From positions 70,503-90,679 of IMG/VR virus record IMGVR_UViG_3300006217_000016: DNA of 20,177 nt; one strand, written 5' to 3'. A model generated the notes under the pieces. It saw only the letters and a program-made list of their open reading frames with translations, did not search any database and was not told the DNA's origin. The position numbers were made by a program, and so were the translations under genes. The stretch's first letter is position 1; every line of letters starts with the position of its first letter. Shown here in pieces: positions 1 through 11,300 of this stretch. Source of the DNA: a virus. Lineage: Duplodnaviria > Heunggongvirae > Uroviricota > Caudoviricetes.

Positions 1-1
1 G

Positions 2-3000
2 CGTAATACTGCGGACGCCGCAAATGCTGCTGTCGCGAAGATGAACGAAGCGCAGGCCGCTACGGCGAGACTGTCCGGTCAGATGGAAGTCCTGAACACT
101 ATTGCGAAGAGTGTAGCATCTACATACAAACGCGGCACTACCGGCAATGGGATGATTGCAGATGAAGCAGAAGTCCAGAGGATTACTGCCGCGTATAACA
201 CATGGATACAGAAAGTCAGAGAAGCTCAGGCTACTCGTTCTGGTGATATCGAGGCTCTCCAGCAGGAGGGTCTTGCCATTCAGAGGAATATCACTGCACT
301 CCAGAATAAGCAGACCGAGGAGCGCCGCGCGCAAGCCGCCGCAGAGAAAGCAGCCAGGGCCGCAGAGTCCGCTGCTGAAAGAGCGGCAGCCGCGAATGAG
401 AGTGAAGTCGCCTCCTTGAAACAGGTGTCCTCACTGCAGGAGCGCATGGCGAGATTCCTGAGATCCAACAGCCGTGTCTCTGTCTCCGATTTTGGTACAC
501 AGATACGCACCATGCTCATGGAACTGAACTCTGGTTCTACGATTACAACAGAGCGGTTGCGTGAGATGGAGGGCGCCTTTGTCAATATCAGGTCGCAGGC
601 GCTGCAGACCGGTGTTGTTGGGCGCACAGTCTTTGATTCTCTGCGCAGGGCGTATGAGAAGTTTGGCGGGTGGATGCTGATCACCCGGAGCCTGACTGCT
701 GCAATCCACACTATCAAGAATATGATCTCAAGCGTCAGGGAGATCGACGGCGCGTTAACGCAGCTCAAGATCGTCACTGGCGCTACAGACGAACAGCTTA
801 CCGCATTCCTCCAGAATGCTACCGTGTTGGCGAAGGATCTCGGTCAAAGCATTAAGGATGTGCTTGGCTCCATCGAGACATTCAGCCGACTGGGCTACAA
901 TTTGGTTGACGCATCTGAGCTCGCGGAGTATGCGACAATTCTTTCCAACGTCGCTGCGGTGGACACAGAAGCTGCAACGACTGGTCTGACCTCAATCATC
1001 AAAGGCTACAACATGAATGTGGCTGAGGCAGAGCATGTGGCTGATGTTTTGGTGCAGGTCGGTCAGAAATACGCGGTTTCCGCCAGTGAAATGATGGAGG
1101 CTTATGAGAAGTCCGGTGCCGCCCTGAATGCGGCGAACACCAGCTTCGAGAAGTCAGCCGGTCTGATTGCCGCTGCGAATGCTTCTGTCCAGAACGCATC
1201 CACAGTTGGTACAGCTTTGAAGACGGTCTCCGCCCGTATCCGTGGAGCGAAGTCAGATCTTGAAGCTCTTGGAGAAGAGACCCATGATCTTGCGCAAGGG
1301 TTCTCCAAGTATGCGGAAGAGATCAAGGCGCTGACCGGATTTGATATTATGGTGGAAGGAACCACCGACACCTATAAAGATATTTACGATATCTTTGAGG
1401 GAATCGCAAAGGTATGGGACAAGCTGTCTGATACGCAGCAGGCCCGTGTGTCAGAGATCCTTGGTGGTACGAGACAACTCCAGGTTATCTCGTCCATCCT
1501 TGGTAACTGGAAAGATGCTGCCGGCGCCTACTCAGATGCAATGACATCTGCCGGTACAGCTACACAGGCCAACGCGACGTACATGGAATCTATCAACGGT
1601 AAGATCGGTACGTTCAATGCGACATTCCAGGAACTCAGCACCAATATATTCAGCTCTGGTCTGGTAGAGTTCTTCGTCGAACTCGGTACGGCGATTCTGT
1701 CTGCGCTCAATGCGCTTGCGAAGATCAACCTCTTGCTGCCGGCAATCATATCCATGGTGGTTGCTATCAATGGTATCAGAGCTGGTCTCGCTGCAATGCG
1801 CAGCGCAACTGCTGCTGCGGAAACTGCATCTACGATCAATACGATTGTGGCAAAGCTCGTGGCGGAAAAGACCGCGACGGATGCTCTGGCGGTTTCCATT
1901 GCAAATCTTACAATCGCCGAGAAGGCAGAGTTAGCCACAAAGATCCAAGCTGCTGTTGTAAGCGGGTCGCTGACTGCTGCACAGGGAGAACAGATCCTCA
2001 CAACGCTTGGGCTTGCCGGGGCAGAGGGTACTCTCACTGGCGCCAACGTGACGCTCGCTGCGAGCTTCAAGGCTCTTATGGCATCCATCCCCGTGTGGGG
2101 CTGGATCGCGCTTGGTATCACTGCTGTTATCACGGCTGTCACCGCTCTTGCTAACGGTTATAAGAGCAGCGAAGAACGGCTCGCAGAACTGAACGAGGAG
2201 CACAATGAACTGATCCGTAGTGTCAGGACAGCCGAGAGCGAGTTCAGGAGTCTGCGTGATTCCGCGGACGATGTGATCCCAAGGTTCGCTGAGCTTGCCA
2301 AGGGTGTGAACCAGTTTGGTGAGAACGTAAGTCTGACAGACGAGGAGTACCAAGAGTTCCTGTCTCTCAACAACCGTATCGCGGAGATGTTCCCTGAACT
2401 TAACCTCGGTATGGACAGCAACGGGAATGCAATGCTCGCTCTGTCTTATTCCGCAGATACTCTTACTGAGTCTCTGTATGCGCTCGTAGAGGCTCAGCGT
2501 CAGGCCGCTGCTGCAGAAATTGCCGAGAAGATTCCAGAAGAACTCGAAAATATTAAAGCGGCTGAGAAAGAATACGAGAAGCAGATCCGGCGCGCAAAGG
2601 ATGTCAAGGACGTGTGGGAGGATGTCTATGATGATATCGTTAATCAAGAACTCCCAACCAACATCGGAAGATACTCGACGCTTGAGGCCGGACAGCAAGC
2701 AGCCCTCGATTTCATTGAGAAGGCACAGCGCCTTGGTATGCATGGCGATGTTATGGTGGACAACCAGAACACCACCAACAACGGTTATGTATTCACGGTT
2801 GAATGGAACTACGATGCTATCAGCCTGCAGAACGCCAAGGCCGCGCTTGACTCCATCATCGCTGGTCAGGATAGCGTAATCAACAATTACGAGAATCTGA
2901 TCAATGCGAGATGGGAAGGTCTCAATAATATCGTTAGCTACTGGGCTGAAACGAACTTCCTGTATAACGATCTGAATGGTCAGATGCGGAATATCGCAAA

Positions 3001-6000
3001 GACCATGATCAGCGGGATAGACTTTGCATCGCTTGGTCTGGATACGGAAGAGAAGGTACATAACTATGTTGAGGACTACATCCTTCGTCCTCTGTTCCTC
3101 GCTTCCCCAGAAGTTAAAACGGCCTTTGAGAATCTTTTCGATCTCCAGGGTTCTCTGAAAAATGGGGATATCACACCAGAAGATTTCCAGGAACAAGTCA
3201 AGCAGATGTTCGATGGACTCTATGAGTCTGTCGATGCAGATAAGCAAGATGATTTTGTCAAAGCATTCGTTGCTGGATTCAATGCAATGGGCATTGCCGG
3301 CGATGACTTCAACTCTGTCGTAGAGGGTATCGCAGACAACTGGGGTACTGTGACCGGTGCAATGTCAGGCGGCAATGCACTCAGCAATGTTTCTGATCTT
3401 GCTGAGGGGATATCAGAGCTGCAGAAAGCATACAGCCTGCTGGAAACTGCGCAGAAGGAGATGCTGAATGGAGGCTTGTCCGCTGATACGATTGCAAGCC
3501 TTGCTGATGCAACAGACGATTACCTTGACTACCTCTACGAAGAGAATGGCGTTGTAAAGCTCAACACTGAAGCGTGGAAAGAAAATGCCAATGCAAAGAT
3601 GCAGAGCTCTATGGCGGACATCCAGAATGAAATCGATCTTCTGAATGAACGGAACGCGGCCCTCGCAGAGACATTAGAAGTCTATCAAACGAACAAGCAC
3701 GCAAGTGCCGGCGATAGCTCAATGACTGCTGTGTGGGATGATAAGATCCGTGAAGTCAATGAGGAGATCGAAGCGAACACAATCGCTATCGGTGCAAACC
3801 AAGCCAAGCTCGCGCTTTACAGCGCTCTGTACGGCAATATCACCGGTGACCTGGATGCCTATACGGCAGCTCTGAGGAATTTCTCCAATATCGCTTCAAC
3901 GATAGATTCCGTAAGCAACTCCTTCCAGACGCTTGCAGATTTGCAGGCTGAGGTGGCGGACGGGTTCACCCTGTCCCTGGATAAGGCGCTGGAGTTTGCG
4001 AAGGTATATCCTGAGATTCTCAACAATGCACAGGTATCTGCAGATGGGCAGATCATTCTCAACCAAGATGTTGTGAACTCTTTCCTTCAGGGGAAGAAGG
4101 CGGAGCTTGACGCTCAGATTGACGCCCAGATTGCAGAGCTTGAAGCAGACAAGTTGGTACTGCAAGCCAAGATGGAGGCCGCTCAGGCTCAGCTCGAACT
4201 GGCTAAGAATGTTGGTGAGGGCGAAGGCCAGGTAGCCAAAGAGGTTGCAGAATATCGTATCAGGGCGTCCAACGAGATGGTGCAGGCGCTTATCGATAAC
4301 GGTATCGATGAGGCTGAAGCATTCAAGCTGGCAGCTCAGGCTATGTCGCTCAACGCGGAGGAGTTCGACCGCGTTGCGAAAGAAGTATGCACCGATGTTG
4401 ACGGTAACTTTAATAACGCCGCTTATAATGCCGCGATGGGTATCTATGAGAACATGGAGCGTGCGAAGACAGATATCAACTCTGTCACGAAGCAAGCTCA
4501 TGAGGCCGCGAAGGCTGTTAGCGGTATCGGGAAAGGTGTAGTCTCCGGCGTAGTCGGTAAGATGCTTGGCTCTGGCGGTGGCAAAAATCGCAAAGGCATT
4601 GAAACGAATGTCACAAGCGGCGAGTTCAATGGGTTTGATTACGACTTTGATTTCAAAGGCGCTTCGCTGGATGATTTCATCACACAGGTTGAGCTCGATA
4701 TATCAACGTACGAAAAAGCAATATCTCAGATCGATGGGCAGATTGCGGCGCTTAAGGCGTTGAAAGATTTGCCGCTTAAAACTTTTGAAAGCACTGGTAA
4801 GAATACATCTGGAAGTTCCCCTGATGCTTCTGAGGTTGAAGAGTATATTGCATCCATCGACGAATATCGCGAGGCCATTGAACGGCTCCGCAAAGCCCAA
4901 GAGAATGTGTCGAACCTTGAGACGCAGATCGAAGACGCCGGCAGTTACGAGAAGAAGATCGAACTGCAGAAGCAGTTGATCGAGGCGTATAAGGAGGAAC
5001 AGGCCGCTCTCCATAATCTTAACAACCAGCGGGATGGTACGATTGCGTCAAGCATCGACTATCTCCGTGAGTTAGGGTTCGCCGTTGAATATAACGCTGA
5101 CACGAACGAGCTGTGGATCAGTAACCTGGAACACCTCAATGAACTGCAGGCTGATTCCAAAGGGAAGTACAAGTCGATGCAGGAAGCCACAAACGCTCTG
5201 CGAAAAGAAACAGAGAGTTTGATCAACAGCATCGAGGATCTGAACGAGGCAAATCGTGAAGGTTCTACTACATGGCTTGAGGTGCGTGACAGAATCTACG
5301 AGACCATGATAGCTATGCACGAGAACGCTATCAAGACCAATGAGAACTCTATCACGCTGACAGAGAACCGGATGGACAAGGCTATGGACGATGGCTTTAT
5401 CCAAGGTGTTTCTGGATATTCCAACGATATCGTTTCCTTCTATCGGCAGATGCAGGAAGCCGTCCATAGTGAAGCGGAAATATACCGCGCGTGGGGGTAC
5501 GCCGAAAACAGCGATGAGATTACCAAGCTCAGTGAGCTGTGGTGGCAGTATGAGAAGGACATCAATGATGTTCGCGATAGGGTCGTTGATAACCTGTTGG
5601 ATATGGCGAAGGCATCGTCCGACCTCGTGGACAAGATGCAGGACGTTGATAAGACCTTGCACGATGCTGCTGAAGAGTATGCAGCAAATGGTGGTTTTAT
5701 ATCCGTTGATTCGCTGCAGGCTATCTATGACCTCGGCCCACAGTACCTCCAGTACCTTGAGGACGAGAACGGGCTGCTGGTCATCAACGAGGATCGCATC
5801 AATGCGGTAATCGCTGCGAAGACAGAACAGCTTGCTCTTGATACCGCCATGTCGTATGTCGAGAGGCTGAGGCTTGCCGCTCTCGGAGAATCCAACGAGA
5901 ATCTTGACATGCTGTGCTTCGCAACAACAAACGCCACCAACGCAACGTGGGGTCTTGTGTATGCACAGCTTGAGCAGATGCGGCTTGCCGGAGAGTTGAG

Positions 6001-7486
6001 CGACTCGCAGTACAATGCGGCTCTGCACAACATCCAGGCAATCCAGTCGCTGGCGAAAAATGCCATAGCCGGCATCGGACGCACAGCGGACTCGGCGAAG
6101 TCCTCATTGGAGAGTCTGAAGAAAGAGCTTGAGCAGATGCAGGATGGTGTCGATGGCATCATCAAGTATGTCATGGATATGCTGAAGCACCGCATCCAGC
6201 AGCAGATCGACGCGCTGAATGAGATGAAGAAGGCATACGCCGACATCATCAGTCTGCGGAAAGAAGCGCTCGATGCCGCCAAGGAAGAGGCGGACTATGA
6301 GGACAAGGTTGCTGAACAGATCCAGAAGATTGCGAAACTTCAGGAGCGTATCAATGCCCTGTCTCTGGATGACAGCCGTGACGCACAGGCACAGAAGATC
6401 AAGCTGGAAGAGGAGATGTCTGACCTCCAGAAGGAGCTTGCAGATACCCAGGCGGACTATGCGCGTGACGCGCAAAAGGACGCCCTGGATAGTATGCAGG
6501 AGGAATACGAGAAGCAGAAAGATGACGAGATCGCTATCCTTGAAGAAACAATCTCGTCTTATCAGAAGCTGTACGATATGGCTATCAGCTATATCAACCA
6601 GAACTGGAGGACGCTCTACCAGGAACTGATCGACTGGAACTATGAGTATGGGAGCGTGCTGAACTCTGAAATCACTGACGCATGGGCTCAGTGTGAGGCG
6701 GCGGCACAGCGATACGGTACATCTGTGCAGGCAATGCTTGCCGGGTTGAAAGCTGAGATAGCCAGTGTGACATCACAGCTTGCAAGTATCAGCAACGGCT
6801 CGTACAGTATTGACGGAGGTGGCACTAACAAACCGATAGTCGTCTCTCCATCCACGGGTGATACCAACGTCAAGAATGAAGACATGGTGAGGGCTATCGT
6901 GGGGAGGATGAAGCGGCTCGGGGCTCAGTGGAGCACGCTTAATCCGAAGGAGACAAACGATAAGCTGCATAAGCAGGCTGCCGTTGAAGCCGCGAAGCTG
7001 GATCAGTATGGCGTACACGCAACATTCCGTGGGTCAGACGGTACATGGTGGATCTCTCGTGATGAATTGAATCCATCTAATGTAGGTAAGAAACTGCATA
7101 ACTGCTACCACGAAGGCGGGTTTGTTGACGAACAGATTCCCCTTGGACGCAGAGAAGTTCCTGCTATCCTGGAGAAGGGGGAGCTTGTGCTGGACGGGCC
7201 AAAGCAAAAGGGTCTGTATCGTATGATCGACTTCACGACTGCGCTGTCTGAAAAGCTCGGCGCCGCATTCGGGTCTGGCGGCATAGCAAGTCTGCTCCAT
7301 ACGTTCAAGAGCGGGCCGGATGAAACACATGCACCACTCCCGTCCGTAACGAACAACCAGAACGAGGCTATCCATTTTGGCGATGTTTACATCTATGGGG
7401 CAAACAAAGATACTGCCAAGCAGCACAGAGAGATCAACCGGCAATTCACCAATGAGGTTCTTGCGAACCTTCACATCAAACGATAA
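2..7486 (+). CDS. Phage tail tape measure protein (TP901-like), 5'-truncated by the window edge
   Basis: The ORF track gives 2481 aa from ATG 41, but the frame is open from position 2 (RNTADAANAAVAK-M), so the true start lies upstream. It has a TP901-type core (aa ~230-530: REIDGALTQLKIVTG, ETFSRLGY, QVGQKYAVS, VGTALKTVSARI), hydrophobic segments (LLLPAIISMVVAI, IPVWGWIALGITAVITAV), long helical/coiled-coil regions, and a C-terminal YHEGGFV...EVPAILEKGELVL motif typical of tape measure C-termini. It lies directly upstream of Dit/Tal-like genes. Confidence 0.95.
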   Translation, partial: RNTADAANAAVAKMNEAQAATARLSGQMEVLNTIAKSVASTYKRGTTGNGMIADEAEVQRITAAYNTWIQKVREAQATRSGDIEALQQEGLAIQRNITALQNKQTEERRAQAAAEKAARAAESAAERAAAANESEVASLKQVSSLQERMARFLRSNSRVSVSDFGTQIRTMLMELNSGSTITTERLREMEGAFVNIRSQALQTGVVGRTVFDSLRRAYEKFGGWMLITRSLTAAIHTIKNMISSVREIDGALTQLKIVTGATDEQLTAFLQNATVLAKDLGQSIKDVLGSIETFSRLGYNLVDASELAEYATILSNVAAVDTEAATTGLTSIIKGYNMNVAEAEHVADVLVQVGQKYAVSASEMMEAYEKSGAALNAANTSFEKSAGLIAAANASVQNASTVGTALKTVSARIRGAKSDLEALGEETHDLAQGFSKYAEEIKALTGFDIMVEGTTDTYKDIYDIFEGIAKVWDKLSDTQQARVSEILGGTRQLQVISSILGNWKDAAGAYSDAMTSAGTATQANATYMESINGKIGTFNATFQELSTNIFSSGLVEFFVELGTAILSALNALAKINLLLPAIISMVVAINGIRAGLAAMRSATAAAETASTINTIVAKLVAEKTATDALAVSIANLTIAEKAELATKIQAAVVSGSLTAAQGEQILTTLGLAGAEGTLTGANVTLAASFKALMASIPVWGWIALGITAVITAVTALANGYKSSEERLAELNEEHNELIRSVRTAESEFRSLRDSADDVIPRFAELAKGVNQFGENVSLTDEEYQEFLSLNNRIAEMFPELNLGMDSNGNAMLALSYSADTLTESLYALVEAQRQAAAAEIAEKIPEELENIKAAEKEYEKQIRRAKDVKDVWEDVYDDIVNQELPTNIGRYSTLEAGQQAALDFIEKAQRLGMHGDVMVDNQNTTNNGYVFTVEWNYDAISLQNAKAALDSIIAGQDSVINNYENLINARWEGLNNIVSYWAETNFLYNDLNGQMRNIAKTMISGIDFASLGLDTEEKVHNYVEDYILRPLFLASPEVKTAFENLFDLQGSLKNGDITPEDFQEQVKQMFDGLYESVDADKQDDFVKAFVAGFNAMGIAGDDFNSVVEGIADNWGTVTGAMSGGNALSNVSDLAEGISELQKAYSLLETAQKEMLNGGLSADTIASLADATDDYLDYLYEENGVVKLNTEAWKENANAKMQSSMADIQNEIDLLNERNAALAETLEVYQTNKHASAGDSSMTAVWDDKIREVNEEIEANTIAIGANQAKLALYSALYGNITGDLDAYTAALRNFSNIASTIDSVSNSFQTLADLQAEVADGFTLSLDKALEFAKVYPEILNNAQVSADGQIILNQDVVNSFLQGKKAELDAQIDAQIAELEADKLVLQAKMEAAQAQLELAKNVGEGEGQVAKEVAEYRIRASNEMVQALIDNGIDEAEAFKLAAQAMSLNAEEFDRVAKEVCTDVDGNFNNAAYNAAMGIYENMERAKTDINSVTKQAHEAAKAVSGIGKGVVSGVVGKMLGSGGGKNRKGIETNVTSGEFNGFDYDFDFKGASLDDFITQVELDISTYEKAISQIDGQIAALKALKDLPLKTFESTGKNTSGSSPDASEVEEYIASIDEYREAIERLRKAQENVSNLETQIEDAGSYEKKIELQKQLIEAYKEEQAALHNLNNQRDGTIASSIDYLRELGFAVEYNADTNELWISNLEHLNELQADSKGKYKSMQEATNALRKETESLINSIEDLNEANREGSTTWLEVRDRIYETMIAMHENAIKTNENSITLTENRMDKAMDDGFIQGVSGYSNDIVSFYRQMQEAVHSEAEIYRAWGYAENSDEITKLSELWWQYEKDINDVRDRVVDNLLDMAKASSDLVDKMQDVDKTLHDAAEEYAANGGFISVDSLQAIYDLGPQYLQYLEDENGLLVINEDRINAVIAAKTEQLALDTAMSYVERLRLAALGESNENLDMLCFATTNATNATWGLVYAQLEQMRLAGELSDSQYNAALHNIQAIQSLAKNAIAGIGRTADSAKSSLESLKKELEQMQDGVDGIIKYVMDMLKHRIQQQIDALNEMKKAYADIISLRKEALDAAKEEADYEDKVAEQIQKIAKLQERINALSLDDSRDAQAQKIKLEEEMSDLQKELADTQADYARDAQKDALDSMQEEYEKQKDDEIAILEETISSYQKLYDMAISYINQNWRTLYQELIDWNYEYGSVLNSEITDAWAQCEAAAQRYGTSVQAMLAGLKAEIASVTSQLASISNGSYSIDGGGTNKPIVVSPSTGDTNVKNEDMVRAIVGRMKRLGAQWSTLNPKETNDKLHKQAAVEAAKLDQYGVHATFRGSDGTWWISRDELNPSNVGKKLHNCYHEGGFVDEQIPLGRREVPAILEKGELVLDGPKQKGLYRMIDFTTALSEKLGAAFGSGGIASLLHTFKSGPDETHAPLPSVTNNQNEAIHFGDVYIYGANKDTAKQHREINRQFTNEVLANLHIKR

Positions 7487-7493
7487 CCACACA

Positions 7494-7523
7494 GTGGAGG
7501 GGAGTCGCTATGCTCCCCTCCAC
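7494..7523 (+). terminator. Perfect 11-bp GC-rich stem-loop between the tape measure and Dit genes (terminator, RNA-stability or translation-control hairpin)
   Basis: gtggaggggag (7494-7504), loop tcgctatg, then ctcccctccac (7513-7523). There is no U-tract after it, so intrinsic termination is uncertain. Confidence 0.5.
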
Positions 7524-7550
7524 AATCATATAAGGAAGGAGGTTGTTTGA

Positions 7551-8348
7551 TTGGCTTTTAATTCATATGAATTCTCATTTAACGGCGAGTCATCGCTGAT
7601 GTATGGGTTGATGATATACGACTATGACGGGAATGGACAGGGTAATGTCAGCTTTGGGAATCAGGCTGCAATCGTAGAAACACGAACAAACAACCGTATC
7701 CAGCCTTTACATTTCGGCGTTAACTATCATCAGAAACCACTGGAGTTTAAGCTGGTCTTCGGCGCGGAGAACCCGCTGGACAGGTATGACCTGCAGAACA
7801 TTTCCATGTGGTTGACAGGTCACCAGCAGTATCAATGGCTGTCTATCGACCAGCCGGATTTGGAGCATGTTCAGTTCCGGTGCCTGATCACCAAGCTGAC
7901 TCCTCTCGCACACAGTTGGCTCCCCGTGGCTTTTGAAGCAAATATCCTGTGCGATTGTCCGTATGCCTACGGGTGTCCGTTTGAGGAGAGCTACACTATT
8001 AACGGCGAAACCAATATCCTGTTCCGCAACAACGGTTCAGTCCGTGAGTATTTTAAGCCGTATATTTCTTTCCGCCCTGCATTTGGTACAACAGAGCTGA
8101 AGATTGTCAATGCAGATGATGGAGGCAGGGAATTTCTGCTGAGCGACATACCTACCGGCGCCGCTGTCGTGAACATTGATAATCGAAATGGAATCATACA
8201 AGACCAAGACAACAAGTTCAATCTGTACGATGGGTTTAAGGACTGTATGAAGTTCTTCAGGCTTGTCCATGGAGATAACAATCTTGTTGTTACCGGGAAT
8301 GGGACACTGACAATCTACGGTAGGTTCTTGTATAACGTGTCAGCGTAA
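7551..8348 (+). CDS. Distal tail protein (Dit-like)
   Basis: 265 aa with a TTG start 8 nt after AGGAGG (7537-7542). It sits between the tape measure and Tal-like genes. The FSFNGESS...YGL N-terminus, WLTGHQQYQWL, CDCPYAY and FFRLVHGDNNLVVTG motifs are typical of Dit proteins. Confidence 0.85.
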   Translation: MAFNSYEFSFNGESSLMYGLMIYDYDGNGQGNVSFGNQAAIVETRTNNRIQPLHFGVNYHQKPLEFKLVFGAENPLDRYDLQNISMWLTGHQQYQWLSIDQPDLEHVQFRCLITKLTPLAHSWLPVAFEANILCDCPYAYGCPFEESYTINGETNILFRNNGSVREYFKPYISFRPAFGTTELKIVNADDGGREFLLSDIPTGAAVVNIDNRNGIIQDQDNKFNLYDGFKDCMKFFRLVHGDNNLVVTGNGTLTIYGRFLYNVSA

Positions 8349-8359
8349 GGAGGTGCAGG

Positions 8360-11300
8360 ATGTATCTCGACTATTCAAAGATTGAGTTCGACCGGGATGG
8401 CAATCCTGAGATGCCAGAGCTGATGCTGAAAACACTAAGCGACAAAGTGATCGGCGTGATACCCGGCGTACACAAACTCAAACTGAACATCAAGTTTTCT
8501 GAACCAAGTGAGATTTCATTCGATGTTCCAGCCGTCATCGACGGCGTGGAGAATCCCATATACAAGTATCTGTGTGGTCATAAGCAGATTTACACGGAAC
8601 ACTATGGCGTGTATGAAATCATCAACCCAAAGACATCCGCTGACGGTATCTCTGAAATCAAGCATGTCACCGGATACTCCTATGAGAAAACGCTGGAATC
8701 TAAAAAGTTCTTCCTTGAGGAAGGTACGTTCAACTTTTGGAACCCATCGTCACCAACAGATACTGTGCTTGGTCGTATTCAAGAGACCGCGATCGGATGG
8801 AGAATCGGATATGTCTCACCGACACTGATTGGCAAGTATCGTACATTCGACGGGTATGACAACTATTTGCTCCAGTTCATATACAACAGTGCGCCTGAGA
8901 AATATCGTTGTGTATTCGTATTCGATACATACGAGAGAACCATCAATGTCTATGACAGCGACCAGCGGATAGCTAACCTGCCCATCTATCTTGACTTCGA
9001 CAATCTGGTAGAGAAGCTGGATATAACCGAGAAAAGCGACGAGCTTGTCACGGCACTGAGCCCGTATGGCGCAGATAATCTGGATATCCGTGCGGTCAAT
9101 CCGACTGGTACCAACTGGATATATGACCTTTCATATTTCATTGCGAACGGTGATATCAAAGGGGATCTCGCTGATAAGTGGAATAGCTGGCAGCGCAGTG
9201 TGCTGAGCAACCAGATGTACTATAAGGGTTTTGTCGCTTTGCAGGCTTCTACGACAGCGAAGGTTCTTGCAGAGCAGGCGGAGCTTACAGACCTGAACGG
9301 TCAGCTTGACTCAATGATCAATCAGCAGAGCGTTACGATTCAGGCGTTGGCTATGGAAACAACAGCCGCCGGCAAAGCGAGTCAACAGAATTTGCTGAAT
9401 ACGATCAACGCGAACATCAAGGCCAAGAGGGCTGAGATTGATGCCAAACAGAATGAGATAGATACATCAAAAAGAGAACTGGCATCGTACACAAATGAGA
9501 TCAAGGCCATCGTTGACGAGCTGTCAATCAAGAAGTATTTCACCGACAGCGAATATAAGGAACTGTCAAACTACATGACAGAACAGGATATCACTGAGAA
9601 GACATTCGTCGCGTCTACTGTAGATGCTACTGTGTCTGGTGAATCTTACTCTGTGCCAAATACGAGCGTTGCTATCAGCAGTTCGTCGATATCTATGGTT
9701 GACCTGACGGGTAAGTTTTCAAAGCGGATGTTTGTACTCGCAGGCGGTACACTCGCGCTATCCGGCAGTACGTCTATCTCATGTGACATTATCAGGGGAA
9801 CGGTAGAGACAAAGAACAACGGTGCATTCGTTATGAGCGTGTACGCCGGGACGATCCGCGTCGGGACTAAAACGGCTTCAAGTGGTCTCATTACGATATC
9901 CGGTACGTACTCAGGGCTGTCAAGTAATGTTGCCCCTGTGACGGTGGCCGGTGTGACTACGAACGAAGGAACAACAATGAGGTTTACCGTTGCGTCCGGG
10001 TCAATGTTCCTGACCGGCAATGTCAGCGACTATCAGAAATACTCCGTTCAGATGGAGCTGTATGACTATGCGGTCAAAGTTCTCAAAGATCTTGCAACAC
10101 CCACCTATGAGTTCACCGTGGATTCTGGGAACTTCCTGTTTGAGCAGGAGTTCGCTCCGTTCCGAGATGGACTGGAGCTTGGCAAAGGCGTGTACCTGAA
10201 TGTTGGGCCGTACGTTGTTACACCATACATCATTGAGTTTGAGCTGAGCTTCGAGGATCGCAGCGCATTTTCCATCGTATTCTCCAACCGCTTCAAGAGA
10301 CCTGACGAAACGAATACTCTCGCAGACATGATCGAGAAGAGCTATTCGAACAGCCGCAGCTTTGACGCCAGCAAGTATATCTACAACCAGACAACGTCGC
10401 AGGCGTCAGAGGTATCGAAGTTCATGTCAGACGCATTGGATGCTGCAAAGAATGCGGTGCTTGGTGGGTCAGGTACAGTCAAGTATGACGCGACCGGGCT
10501 GACTGTAGGCGTTGGTTCCAGATATCAGATCCGTATGGTTGACCGCATGATCGCCATGACAGATGACAACTGGGAACACGCGAAGGTTGGTATCGGTTTG
10601 ATTGCCACACCAGACGGCGGGAGCAACTTCGTTGTCAACGCTGAGGTCATCGGAGGCAAACTGATCGTCGGCAATAACCTGGTGATTGAGAACGAAAATG
10701 ATACAGGTGTGATGCAGTTCAAGGTGGATGCCTCCGGCGCATGGCTGAACAACGCAACCTTTATCCTCCAAAAAGATAACGGCGGGAAGATCATCATCGA
10801 CCCGAAGTACGGTATCGTGGGCGGGAATGGTAACCTGTATACAACAAGCGGGACAACGGTAACACCAGCATTCATCGACAGTAGGGGCAAGGTCACGCTT
10901 GACGCAGATGGTATGCCGACCAACTCCAACTTCTACCTGGACATCCGTGACGGTAGTGTGTACTTTCGCGGAAAGATTTTCGCACAGGCTGGTGGTAAGA
11001 TCGGTGGATTCACCATCAATACAAGTGAGCTCGTATCTAACAAATCAGGGTACGAGGTTGGTATCAATGGAGACCCATTGTATTCTGCAGACAATCCAAA
11101 CTATGCGTATGCTTTTTGGGCCGGGTCGTATACACCATCCCGCGCGAAGTTCTGGGTCAAGAAGGACGGGACGATTTACTCGAAGGGTGCCACGCTGGAT
11201 TCTGCTACCATCAACAATGCGACTATCAAGACGGCGACTATTGATCATGCGAACATGACCAACGCGACTGTGAGCGGCGTACTGAATTCCCCAACAGTGA

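Noticed and set aside
280-7492. Many antisense and alternative-frame ORFs inside the tape measure gene (e.g. 1931-3247, 5072-6028)
   Set aside because: They are fully nested in a well-supported CDS, show typical shadow-ORF composition, and have no independent support.
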